DNA of 58,152 bases, counting the filler, from Platydemus manokwari (Eukaryota), in NCBI GenBank assembly GCA_037951405.1. It is 5 parts of 5 records of this genome, joined end to end, with 100 filler letters (N's around TTAATTAATTAA, not from the genome) between each part and the next. Parts side by side here need not be neighbours in the genome. Positions count along the whole stretch, not along the records: positions 34,809 to 44,416 come from JBBMOY011226099.1; positions 44,517 to 58,152 come from JBBMOY011663624.1; 3 more parts are not named here. One strand, 5' to 3'. Below are positions 38,177 through 50,103 of this stretch, piece after piece. Under the pieces are notes generated by a model. It searched no databases. It was not told the DNA's origin and was given only the letters and a program-made list of their open reading frames with translations. The stretch's first letter is position 1, and each line of letters begins with the position of its first letter. The position numbers and the translations under genes are program-made.

Positions 38177-41100
38177 TTATTTCTATGCGATATCGATTCT
38201 AATATTACGGATCAACAGTATGAAAATGTGATTAAAAGTTATAATACTAAAGATTCACAAAATCTGATAGAACAAAATTGGAAAACAGAATTACTGGAAA
38301 AGATTAAATCAGTAACGATTTTTTAGATCAATTTATTATTTTTTTATTATTCGATCAGGTTCAAGTTAATTGTATTCTTTTATCTGGTAATTGTGATCGT
38401 GACTTGCGAAATGAATTTCTCAACAATTTGGACATTCCTATCATTGAAAATGTGACTTTTAAAATATTGGATATTGTTTCTTCTATCATGGATGTCAATG
38501 TGATTTACGATATTAATTCGACATTCACTGTGAGATATTTTGTAATTAATAATTTGATATTCATTTTAAATCTCACTATAGCCATGCCAGTTATTGATCG
38601 ATATCATTTCATCGTCAAAATTTGAAAGAACAATGTTGTGTTCAATACAAATACCTCAGTGGATGAAAATATTTGGAGTCACCTCGGATAACTTAAAGGT
38701 TATATGTTTGATATTTATTCCATTCATGCGTGTCGAGGTTTCACCTCAATGATTATTTATAAAATAATAATTTGTCTTAAAAATAAATAAAAAAAATCTA
38801 CCAATTTCATGCAATTCAAAATACAATTTTATTCACTAAAATAAAATATATATATTCACATAGAAAATTATAAATTTCTATTGGTTTTTCTTATTTATAC
38901 TGGTTTGTGAAGATGTGATGATATTGGTTGTTGAGATGCTCGCTATCGTACCGATCGGACTCCAGACGATCGGTTGTGTTTCGTGTGTTACGAATTAATT
39001 ATAAATAATAATATAATAAATAACAATGACGATAATATGCTTAAATTATAATTATCAATCAAATAACCACAATATAAATGAACACAATTGATTTAATACG
39101 ATTATGTCAAAACAGAACTGGCGAGGTGTGACTCACTCAACCAGAGGGTCAGATTCACTATACAGGTGAACCGTACAATGAATAAAAGCATATTAAAAAA
39201 GATAGGAGCAAAATGAAGAGAGTTTTACTTAATACCAAATCTATCGACACGGTATGGAAATAACTATCAATAATTCGGTCTGTACCTCGCTGTCTAAATC
39301 CATTGGCTTCTGGAGGAGATTTCTCTGCTTATCTTGTAACTGACTAATACGGCTTGCTGTGACTCATTTTCTCTGACTGCCATACAAGCGCAGTGTTTCT
39401 GCTAGGTGACTGCTTTTATTCTGCTAAGTGATTATTTGAAGTTAACTCTTTGGCGGCTTGCTCTAAATCTCTGGCTGCTTATATACCATTTTCGTTATAA
39501 GTTTGACCAATCGAGATTTATCTATTTCTGGAATTTTAAAATCCTATTTTTGTTTTTTGTTCTATTTTTGTAATTAATAAATTCTAATTTTAGTTTCTAT
39601 TCTATTTTTGTAATTATTATTTTCTGTTTATAGGATTTTTATTTATTTTTGGATTTTTAATTATATGGTTATGTTTGTGAGCGTATCATGTTATTTTGTC
39701 TTTGTGTGACTCACTGTGGGTTCAGATTCTAACATTTCTAATAATCCAAAATCACAATCTACTGCTGTTTTTCAAGCAAGATTGACTTTAAAACTCAATT
39801 TCAGAAGAAATAAAATGACAAGATAATTTTTAAGAATGCAAAGGTGAATGGTCATACTCTTATTCACTAATCTGCTTTCCCAAATAATAAATCAAAAATG
39901 ATAGAAAATTATGCTTCCATTGACATTCTCCACAGCTTATACTTTCAATGTACCACTTCTTTCATTTGTGAGATTACTTGACAGAACCGATAAAAATCCC
40001 AATAAGTGTCAAACAAGAATGCTCAATCTCGATGTCACTTTTTAACATCAAAATTATTCTAATCTTCATGAAAAAGGAAATCTTGTAAAAATGACAGTCT
40101 TATTATTGCCAACATCGCTCATCATGCTTTGCCTATGTTGATGATATTGTCATCATTTCCAAAAACAGCACTGGTTTTCAGGAGATGATAAATATTCTAT
40201 ATCATTTAGTCTCATAACCTGGAGTTAAACTTAAGATAGGTAAATGTGGTCATCTTTTTATTCAAGCTTTTGGAAAGGTTGTATGTTCCAACTAAAAATG
40301 AATCAGATATTATAATAACCAATAAAATTAAGGATATTTTAACTGAGAACTAGTGATAAGTTGGTTAAGTTTTCACATAAATTTTTTCTAGTATCACTAA
40401 GAACTATAAATTTGACAAAAATAGGATAAAAATAGAATTGTTTTGTTCTGGTACTTTTTTTAATGATCTTATTTATGAAAATATTTCTTAATAAAAATAT
40501 TTTGAGTTTAGAGTTATTTACAATTCAACATTGACTGATAATTACATTTTATATAATTAAATAAATTGTTCAAATTACAATAATAATTTTGACTTAACAA
40601 AATCAGTTTTTCCTTTCCTATTCTACACCCTGGAAATATTTGTTAATATTATCATTTATTTCAATATCTTTCAGACTGTAACCATTCATCATCCAAGTAT
40701 TGAAATGGCTGAAACTCTTCGAGAATCATTCAATCACAATTTGAAGAGAATTGAAAATGCGCTGTCAATAGAATATTATTTAAATGGTGGTGGTACTTTA
40801 GAGGCTGAATGCGCTGCTGAGATTAAAGCAAGAGCCAGCAAGTTTTGTTTTCTCAATGAAAATTATGAAATCGTTATTTCTATTTTGACGAGATAAAATA
40901 CATTGACAATGGTTTCACTGTAAAGATTTTGAGACAAAATATTCGATAGAAAAAGGATATATCCATGTAGAAATAGGGACCATTGGGACCCCTACTTTGA
41001 TACTTTACATGCATGCATGCCTACAAAAGCACTCATGTTTGATTGGTGAGAAATCAAATGCGACATAGAGTGACAATTTCAATTTATTAAGATACGCTAT

Positions 41101-43845
41101 TATGTAACCACATATACAACGAAATTAATAAATCAGTAAATCCAATTAAAATAGTGAAAAACAGATCATCAAAAACACATACACTTCTTATCAGAAATTA
41201 CAATGCAAATATAGCCCATTGTCAATTGGAAACCGATATAGCAATGAGAATCTTGTTATATGTTAATTCTGTTGTTAAATTCAGCTGAAAGCCTATTAGT
41301 GTGACGGTTATTTTCTTTTATTTATTATTTGGATTACAAGTGATACTAATCATCCAAAACACTATCTACAAATTAATTTAGTTAATGATTTGATCTTTGC
41401 AATTACTTGTATTAATAAATACATTTTAATTAGTTTGTCGAACATTGTATCGTGAAATACTCACATAGAAATAATATAAAGTAAGAAATTTTGGATTAAG
41501 TTAAGGAAAGGATCCTTTGACCTACTTTCGTAATAATTAATTTTCGAGCATGAAATAATTTTATAACTTAACTTTATATATAACTACTACTTTTGATTTA
41601 TTCTTATAATTCAGTTTATATCTCATTCTTTAAGAAGTCTGATAGCGACAAAATATAGTTTTAAAACCAAGTTTTTATTCTAATAACAACACTTCTATAT
41701 GATTATTTGAGTTTTTAAATTTAAATTTTTATAATTATAAATCGAGTTGGTTCACTACAGACATGTTTAATAATATCATTGCTTATTTTTATAAAGTAAT
41801 TGTAAAATTTGAGAATATTTCTTAATTTTTTTTAATGTTATAAAAGGGGGTCCTCGCTAATTTTCAATAAATTGCAATTCGACCTTTTTCATTTTTTCAA
41901 ATAATCAAATTTCAGGATATTTTTAAGTCCAGTGTATTTGATATTTGATTTCAAACAACTAAAATTCTTCTCAAGTATTTAAATAAAAAATTTTAAATGT
42001 TTTTAAAGAATATAATTAAATAAACTATATAGAATTTTTCAATACACTTAACAAATTTAAAATTTCATTTTGAGACCCTTTTTTAACCTTAGCCGAAATT
42101 TTTTAATAAAGATTTTCAAATGTTGCAAAAAAAGTAAAACATTAACTTCAGAAATAACGAAGAAAATTTTAAACAAAGAAAATTTTTAAAACGAAGAACA
42201 TTTAACTCAAAGCTAAAATTTAATTACCATCACAAAGAAAATGCAGACAAATTAAATTTTGAAAGACAAATAACTAAATATTGGAAAAAAAATTCTGGTT
42301 GCAAAATCAGCACTGGAGACGAATTAAGCGCACAAAAGGACTGGCAAGTTAAAAACAGGAAAATTGTATAAATAGCAAAATAATACATATATTGTGACGC
42401 AAAAACCTCACACTTAACACAAAAATCAATATTACATACTTCTGTTTTGGACAATACTCTATGAACTCATTCTATCAAGGATATTTTATTACTATTTCAT
42501 TTTTTATTAGATCTTTTCAGTATATTTATTTCAAACTAATTCCAATCAGTTGGAATCCGAGTTTCATTCCATTGTTTTAAATTGCTTTTTGGGGTGTTTA
42601 TTAAAGTTTAGAGTAGTTTAAGTTTCTTATTGATTAACACTGTTTAGTGAAATATAAATTGCAACTTTTAATGCTTTTGGACAGCAACAATAATGATTTT
42701 GTAAATTGTATAAATTTGATTTTGTAAAAGGATTGCATATGTACGCAAAACTCAGATCAGGTTAAAACTTCATACAGATGCTACCGCCAACATATTCTTG
42801 TATTACCTTTTAACCAATTATTGGTTTTCACCATTTATATTTCATAAAAACAAGCTTCAAGCGATTTAAAGAATGATTTAAGGTGCGTAATTTCGCTAAA
42901 GTTGGTCTTATAGAAATCTGAAACAGAATTCTGAATTCTTGTTGTTCTACCAACACTATATTTACTTATTATTCATTATTTTTTATAATAATTTGAGCAA
43001 CATTCTCCCACTGCGACACTCATAGGGATCAATTCAAGAATCGCATCTCAGAGAATATAAATAAATTGAACAAAAGAATTCATTGTCATTATAAAATTTA
43101 AGGACTGTAAAATTTCAGAAAGAAATCCAGGATTTAACAATCAATTGTCACTATTGTCTTTTTTTCAGTTTCATGTTTCTTCATTTAAGTTTTACCTCTC
43201 ATTCTCTATTAAATTATTGACCTGATTGACGAATTAATATCCTTATACCTTGAAATGTTACATCAAATAATGTTATACACCAATGATGAATTAAATATTC
43301 GATGGGGCGTAACTCAAACATTGTGTTGATCGGCTCAACGTAAAATAGAAATGTTAAAGGTTAATGCCTACTTCCAAACAAAAGTATTTTATGAAACGTT
43401 AGTACAAGGGTTTTCAAACTATTTGCCGGGTAGGAACCTCACGGAAACATTACTATTTCATAATTATTCTCATTTTTGGAAAGTTTAAAGAAATAAAAAC
43501 CCGCAAATATTTTATACAAGTGACCTATTTAATAAATTATATTGATAATTTTTATATAGATAATAAAATCCTTAATAACGACGGAGTTGAAAGTGTAGAA
43601 GTGAAATGCAAAGCTTTTCTAGCAATTACAAAAAGTTTAGAATTATTTCATTTTCATTTGAAATCAAATCTTGAATCCGATGAAATCCATCAACCGGTAT
43701 TTTTATACTAAGATAATTATTATCTTGGAATCTTTTGTTTTAGAAACTTGATGATTTGGAGAGTAAAATCGGATGTATTGAACTTCTGTCAGAGTGCTTA
43801 ACTAATATTTTATCAACAAATTTAATAATTTTAAAAACAAATTGA
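38177..43845 (+). CDS. BBS12: Chaperonin-like BBS12-type protein, C-terminal portion (5' exons unresolved)
   Basis: Exons 38177-38311, 38359-38529, 38582-38698, 40675-40837, 43560-43696, 43744-43845 splice in frame. Motifs EQNWKTELLEKIKSVQVNCILLSGN, TVTIHHP..LKRIENAL..YLNGGGTLEAEC and LDDLESKIGC..ILSTNLII* parallel recalled BBS12 EELWANHVLQVL..VNLVLVQGN, TVVLTSP..YRLYYAL..FLGGGAVEFLC and YDVVTPKIEAW..VLQTDSEII. Confidence 0.7.
38986..39734 (-). mobile_element. Probable solo LTR in a BBS12 intron
   Basis: TGTTA...TAACA termini. On the minus strand: CCAAT (39507-39511, reverse orientation), TATATAAGCAGC (39485-39474), then AATAAA (39420-39415). No target duplication found. Confidence 0.6.
39820..40260 (+). 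mobile_element. Non-LTR retrotransposon reverse transcriptase relic
   Basis: SVKQECSISMSLFNI (GVxQGxxLSxxLFN-like), FAYVDDIVII (YxDD) and GVKLKIGKC motifs, with stops. Confidence 0.75.
41985..42120 (+). repeat. Interspersed AT-rich repeat, copy B
   Basis: Aligns by eye with 13781-13910. Confidence 0.7.
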
Positions 43846-44164
43846 ATGGTGAAATTTATAATTGTATTTTTTATTAGGAAGTTAAGCATATAATAAATAT
43901 CATTGCAACTTGTTCATTATTTTAAATAAATTATGAAATATTGAAATTGCTGAAAAGATATTGTCATTACTGCTGCTTTTTTTATTTGGAGTAAATTAGT
44001 TGCGATTACTCTGGAAATTAGTAATTTGAATATTTATAAGGTTTATAAAATTTATTTAACTTTATGTCAATGTTATTCGGTTATTTTCCAATAGAGACTT
44101 CTGTCCAAGTATGATAATTGAGACAGGAAAATTAAAATGATAAAAGCGCTATTGGTTTTAACTT

Positions 44165-44416
44165 TTATTTTCTATTTAGTTAAAATAATAGAGTAAAAAG
44201 ATAACTCGTTTGCTTCAATATTTTTATTTTATTTCAAAAATTGCACCGTTTGTTTTTTAATATTAAAACAAATCTCATTTTTTTATCTAAATTATCTCTC
44301 CCGTTGTTTTTGTGATTCTTTTTAGCCACTCAATTCTTAGAGGTTTTGGCTGTCCCTGGAAATCAAGAAGAACTTGATGTGGACTTAAAAATTTCAAAAT
44401 TCTGTGAGGACCTTCA
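44165..44416 (-). mobile_element. Second copy of the Gypsy 3' end seen at 35797-36020, inverted, cut by the gap
   Basis: Reverse complement aligns with TGAAGGTCCTCACAGAATTTTGAAATTTTTAAG...AACAACGGGAGA and the downstream AT-rich sequence. Confidence 0.9.
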
Positions 44417-44516
44417 NNNNNNNNNNNNNNNNNNNNNNNNNNNNNNNNNNNNNNNNNNNNTTAATTAATTAANNNNNNNNNNNNNNNNNNNNNNNNNNNN
44501 NNNNNNNNNNNNNNNN
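44417..44516. other. Artificial contig linker
   Basis: Same 100-bp spacer. Confidence 0.97.
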
Positions 44517-45318
44517 AAATCTCTTATAAAATATATCTTAAACTAATATTTGTGTTTTAAAATGATTAATTTAATAAATATAATTCTCTAATTACTTTTA
44601 TCTCCGTCTCCAAAATTATTTTGAATTTTTAACGAGATCAACATTTTTCGATAATTATGATAAATAATTTTCAATTTTTTAAACAAATTTTTTGTATTAA
44701 CAATGTTTTACTTTGTATATTACAAGCTGAAAAAGTTTCATAGATGGATAAAGCAAAAACTAATTTCAAATGTCATTCTTTTAGTTGACCATACTGGTAT
44801 TGTAAAATCAATGACGATAATGATTTCAATTCCATCCAATATGGCTGCCATGCGTATTCGATTTGTGAATTGATGCATTGATATTGGGCATTTTATTGCA
44901 ATTGTAAAAAATCAAAGATGCAAAATAAATCACAAATTTATATTTCCTACGTCCACTAAATTTAATAATGAGAAGCAATCGTTTCAATAACTGTTTATTA
45001 GTTTTCCTAACGAATTCGTAAGATTGTAATCCTTTAGAAAATGAATCACTGATTTGACGTATACATTTCCACGAATGCTCTATGGTAACAAGAAAGTGAT
45101 TTCCAGGCAAATCCAACTTTGAGTCATTCTACATTATATGATATATGAAGACAGATTATTTCACATTAGCAAAGCTCGCAGCTGTTGCAGTAAATTATTA
45201 AAGCAAATTTGGGTGCTTAATACGGTTATTAAGCAAATAAACCGATTAGAAATCCAGCCACATCAGAATTGATTTCGTTATTTTTACGTGTCTTGTTGAC
45301 GATTACTGTTTTTTAGGG

Positions 45319-45345
45319 TATATAAAGAAAGTGATAGTCTTAGTT
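45319..45345 (+). promoter_or_regulatory. TATA box and Inr-like site of the cyclophilin gene
   Basis: TATATAAAG at 45319-45327, TTAGTT at 45340-45345, ATG at 45356. Confidence 0.5.
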
Positions 45346-45355
45346 GACAGTAAAA

Positions 45356-46235
45356 ATGAAAACAATGTTGTCATTCTTAGGACTTCTTCTAACTTGTTTT
45401 GCACTAAGCAATGCAGATGATAATAAGAACTTCACAATAACTCATGTTGCGTGGTTTGAAGTTGAAGCCAGAGACTTCGATGGACCTGGAGATGATTTCC
45501 GTGGAAAGTGAGCTTGAATTTTCAATTAAACCACTGGTAATTAATGATTAACTTGATATATTTTAGATTTAGTATTGGATTATTCGGAGAAGCAGCCCCA
45601 ATGACTGTTTTGAACTTCGTTGCTATTACAAAGGGTCACAAAAGCAGATCGGTTCAAAAGATTTTATATTATTTAAAGATTTTTAATCGAAAATATTTTT
45701 AATAGGAAAAACTACACTACAAAGGAACACCAATCCACAGAGTAGTCAAAGATTTTGTAATTCAAATGGGTGATGTAACAAAGCATGACGGAACAGGGGG
45801 TAAGATGGAATTCCTTATTAATTCTTTATGTTTTGAAAAACCTTCATTTAGGATCAAGTATTTATGGACCTAAATTCAATGATGAAGACTTCGTTTTGAG
45901 CCACAGAAGTGCTGGATGGGTTTCGATGGCTAACCATGGACCAGATACAAATTCATCTCAATTTTTCATTCTTTTAACAAAAGCCAGATGGCTTGACAAG
46001 AAACATGTTGTTTTTGGAAAAGTTGTTAAAGGATTTGTAAGACTATTTTATTAGTTTAAAAATGTTGACAATTCTACAGGACGTTGTAGATACTCTAGGA
46101 GAAGCCGAAACCCTTCCAAATTCTTCAACACCCAAAAGAAGCATCAAGATCGTGGACTGTGGTGTGAAAACTTTAGATAAACCATACGTCATGAAATCCA
46201 GTGAATTAGACAGCACTGTGGATCTAGAATTTTAG
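45356..46235 (+). CDS. Secretory-pathway cyclophilin (CypB/CypC-like peptidyl-prolyl isomerase), 223 aa
   Basis: Exons 45356-45507, 45567-45651, 45706-45799, 45852-46036, 46080-46235. Signal peptide, [50 protein letters not shown]; ends DLEF*. Confidence 0.95.
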
Positions 46236-46305
46236 ACCATCAAGAAACTCTTTTTTAGCTAATTTTAGTTTAATTAAATAAATGGATTGACATATTTAAA
46301 AATGT

Positions 46306-46691
46306 TTATTTATTAAAACAGTTTTTTAATTCCTTCAATCCAGCTAAATTTGTTTGAAGTGCCTCTGCGTTAACACTCTAAATAAATAGCCAAAATTTTA
46401 ATTGAATAATTCCATTAATTACCTCAATGTGACCATGTACAAATTTATTAAATTTCGGGAGATCACTGTAACCAATTATGGTTTCTTTACAATCAACACC
46501 AATATTGTCGTTCTGATCAGAAATCTTGATATTTAAAATAACTACTAACTCTATTTCATTAAATAAAATACCAAATGATTATTATCAAAATGTGCTTTTT
46601 GAAAGTCCTTTAATTTCTGAATGCATACTCTTCGTGCATCTGTAGCGTTTTTAAGAGCTTTCAAAGTATCATAATATCCTGAAGTTGCCAT
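46306..46691 (-). CDS. 97-aa three-exon protein of unknown family
   Basis: Exons 46691-46572, 46524-46423 and 46377-46306, separated by phase-0 GT-AG introns of 47 and 45 nt: MATSGYYDTLKALKNATDARRVCIQKLKDFQKAHFDNNHL|ISDQNDNIGVDCKETIIGYSDLPKFNKFVHGHIE|SVNAEALQTNLAGLKELKNCFNK*. Confidence 0.8.
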
Positions 46692-47499
46692 AAATACTTA
46701 AATTAATACATAAAAAGTTAGTCATAAAAAATTGTACCTATCACAATTTATAAATAAAATTCAAAAATGTGTAAATTTCGAATATATAAATAGAAAACTG
46801 TTAACAAGATTTTCGACAAGTAAATCTTAATAATTATTTCAATAATAAAGACGATTTCATTAATCATAAATTAACTTATGCGATTAAGTTATAATGATGA
46901 AAGAAATCTTTTTAAACAAATATTAATAAGAATTCCTTAAATTTATTTTATTTTATGTAAACTTTTAAATAAAACTAAGTAGACATTTCATTCATTTATA
47001 AAAATAAAATTTAAGAGAATATTATTTATAAGATAAGAATTACAATTAATAATATCAAATTAATAGATTCGAACGAATTGTATCAAATAATTATTAAAAA
47101 ATCAAATGTAGGCAATATTTCTAAGTTATGTATTGTTATTACTCATTACCATATTGTTAATTTTGTTATTTTTATAACTAATTAATTTTCATTTCTGGCA
47201 AAAGTTTAATCAATTTTCAGTTTTATTTTGGATGAATTCTAATTACTGGCCATTCAATGATACATTATGCGTACATTTCAAGTAACCAATTATCAAAATA
47301 CTGGATAAAAGACCCACACGAAGATTGAACTGTTCTTTAAAGAAAAATGGTTTCTAAATTAAACAAATAATTAATTTTATTATCAATTATATTATATTAT
47401 ATGAGTAATATGAAATAATATCTAAATGATATAATTGAATCTCATAATTACCAATGGAAGAACAAAAATCATTAATAAAATCTGTGCCACTTAATCTTA

Positions 47500-48400
47500 A
47501 ATGCAATGTGTTGCATTTTAAAACGATTTTCCATTATTAATGAAATATGTTTTAAGAAATTTAATTTTCAGTGTGTCAAATAAGAACTTGATTTCATTTA
47601 TTTGCTGTTTGTTGCTACTGATTTTTTTACCTTAGTTAGATTCTTATATATTTGTTATTTAGGTAATATTTTATTTCTATTAAGACTCATCCTCTTAATG
47701 TTGTTACCGGTAGTAATATTTTCCTTGTATTTTCATAGTTAGTGATCTTTAGCGAGTTAATTTGAACTCAATATCATCATCAATTTGTTTTGGTTCGAAC
47801 ATTAATGTTTCATTTGTGGCTTCTGCGGGTAAGATTAATGCATTTTTGACATATGGGTACCAAGCTTATTATTTCCCATGTAAGTAATTCATTCTCGATG
47901 TACTGATGATTTCGGTTATATAATATTTTTAATTTGCTAAAATCTAACTTTACCCTTGGGAACTGTCAAACAAGTGCGTTCTTATGAGTATATCGTTCTA
48001 TCTTTCTTATACTACTTTGAAATTTTTATCACCTGTATGTTATCGGGCGTAATATTTATTTTAAGATTTTTAATTGCTTCTTTCTTTTTTTTCAACTGTT
48101 TTCATAAGAAGGATTTTGTCTTTGTTATATTTTATTGCTTGTATCCAAAGAGTAATTGTTTTTTAACATCAACGTATTCGCTATTGTATCTATCAGTACT
48201 CTTGCAAATCAGTTATTTATTGTCACTACTAGTCGATTTATTAGATAGCACGTATTTACTTTCTTGGCTTCATCACTACGTTCATTGCATGTCTCTCCAC
48301 TCTATATTGGTAATTTTTTATGCATTTATTGAAATGGTGGAAATCGCTTTTCTGTCATGGGTCCATTCACAAAATTGGCAATAATAATATTCTAATGAAT
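47500..48400 (-). pseudogene. Degenerate coding-like relic, possibly retroelement ORF1/gag
   Basis: Purine-rich minus strand with broken frames and a VPICQKC...SHK knuckle-like motif near 47810-47865. Confidence 0.3.
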
Positions 48401-49601
48401 AATTCCATGGTAGATCATGTACATTTTTTGCAGAGGTTAATCAATAGCAATATTGTCTAAATTTAAACAGTCTTCACCCTCAATGTCTTCAACATCTAAA
48501 CAACCTTCAATCTCTTCAGTATTGCCTCAACAAGCGAGATCATCTTCTAAATCCCAGTCATCTCAGTCTTCAGTCTACCAGAGTATGGGATACTAATCCT
48601 ACCAAATACGAAGAAATTCTCTGATAATTTCATACGTAAAAAACTATGTATTGTATTATTAGAATAAAAATCTATAACAGGTATAATTATATTTTTGTGA
48701 ATAATAATAATAAAATTATAATAAAATTTATAAATTATTAATTTGGACGAAATTGTGTGTAAAATTGAAATTTAAAACTTGGGTGAAAAAGAAAATAATA
48801 AACAAAAATAATTATTTATAATCCGAAATAGAAACAGTATACAAGGGGTGAAAAAATCAGAAAATTCTGTCACACAAAAAAGATTTCTGATTGAGAGTGC
48901 TTTCCTTGACAAATAATTCTTTCTCATTTGATTTACTAGACCAGTGATGCATTTTATATCCGTTGTTCTCTATATTGGGACAAAATCCACACATTTGAGT
49001 ATCAAGGAATTCAGCCTTTTCTAATAATCTTATTTCTTCTTCACTGGATGCTATATGGGTTCTCAATCTTGATGTTGCATTGCTTCAACTTAATATCTCT
49101 TTTTTGTTTACATGCTCGCTCACTAACTTTACCGAAAATAGTCTGAACTTCACCAAGAGTGTAGTTGCATCATTTTTTTTAAATAAAAATTCAATATCTT
49201 AAATAAAAACACTTGAAGATTTTCGAGGCATCCTTCTAATCAACATAAAATCTTTGAAAATGACCGCTTTAAAATTTAAAACATCAAAGATCTTAATTTT
49301 ATCAACCAACTTTCGTTTTAATTATTTGTTTAAATTCATTTATAATAGATTAATAAATAAATAAATTTATTAATTTTGGATGATTATTTCAAATGATGTT
49401 TGAAATCTAATTATACACGAATGAATTTTGATTTGATTAAGAATTCAAAGTATTATCAACATTTCTTATATAAGTACTATCAGTTGTAATTCGATTTTTG
49501 AGCGTTATCGGCATAATAAATATTAGCTTTTGGACTTCGATAATTTAACGAGAAATAGATTATAAATGCCTTAAATATTTCCATTGATTTCAAAAAATAT
49601 C

Positions 49602-50103
49602 ATGATTAAAATATTGTTGATTTGGATTTGTTTGCTAATAATCAAAGAAACTAAAGTTGTCAGTAAGTTTCGTATTGAAATAAACCATTTTGAAAATTTT
49701 TCAATAAATAGGTTCTTTATTTACTATAAATCATGATACTCAATATGTTACTGTCGGAAATATTAATAATGAAGTCAATAAATCATTTATTGTTAGTACC
49801 GAATCCGTTATTTCCGAAAAATCCACAACGAATTTGTTTTCGTTAACCACTAATACTACAACGCACACAAATACCGAAACGGTGAAGTTGACTAAACTGG
49901 TTGAAGAAATCCAAACAACTAATAGCTTGACAAAAAATAATGAGAAATCAACAAATCCAAAAATTATATCCACAACCTCAAGGATATTTTTGAAACCGAA
50001 AAAAGTCAAGGTTAATAAATTCGATAATTACAGTCAAAAATCGGATGTGAATTTCGGTTTTTCTGTGGTTCTTCCTTTATTAATAGGCATTTTGATTCAA
50101 TAA
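49602..50103 (+). CDS. 150-aa secreted Ser/Thr-rich (mucin-like) protein with hydrophobic C-terminus, probably GPI-anchored
   Basis: TATAAA at 49561. Signal-peptide exon 49602-49662 (MIKILLIWICLLII), 49-nt GTAAGT..TAG intron, exon 49712-50103 ending FGFSVVLPLLIGILIQ*. Confidence 0.85.

Noticed and set aside
46684-46697. X-box-like GTTGCCATAAATAC
   Set aside because: Second half-site is imperfect and it overlaps a start codon; not near the ciliary BBS gene.
47956-48384. 142-aa hydrophobic ORF and similar F/I/L/Y-rich ORFs in the track
   Set aside because: Typical chance translation of T-rich DNA or the antisense of decayed repeats.
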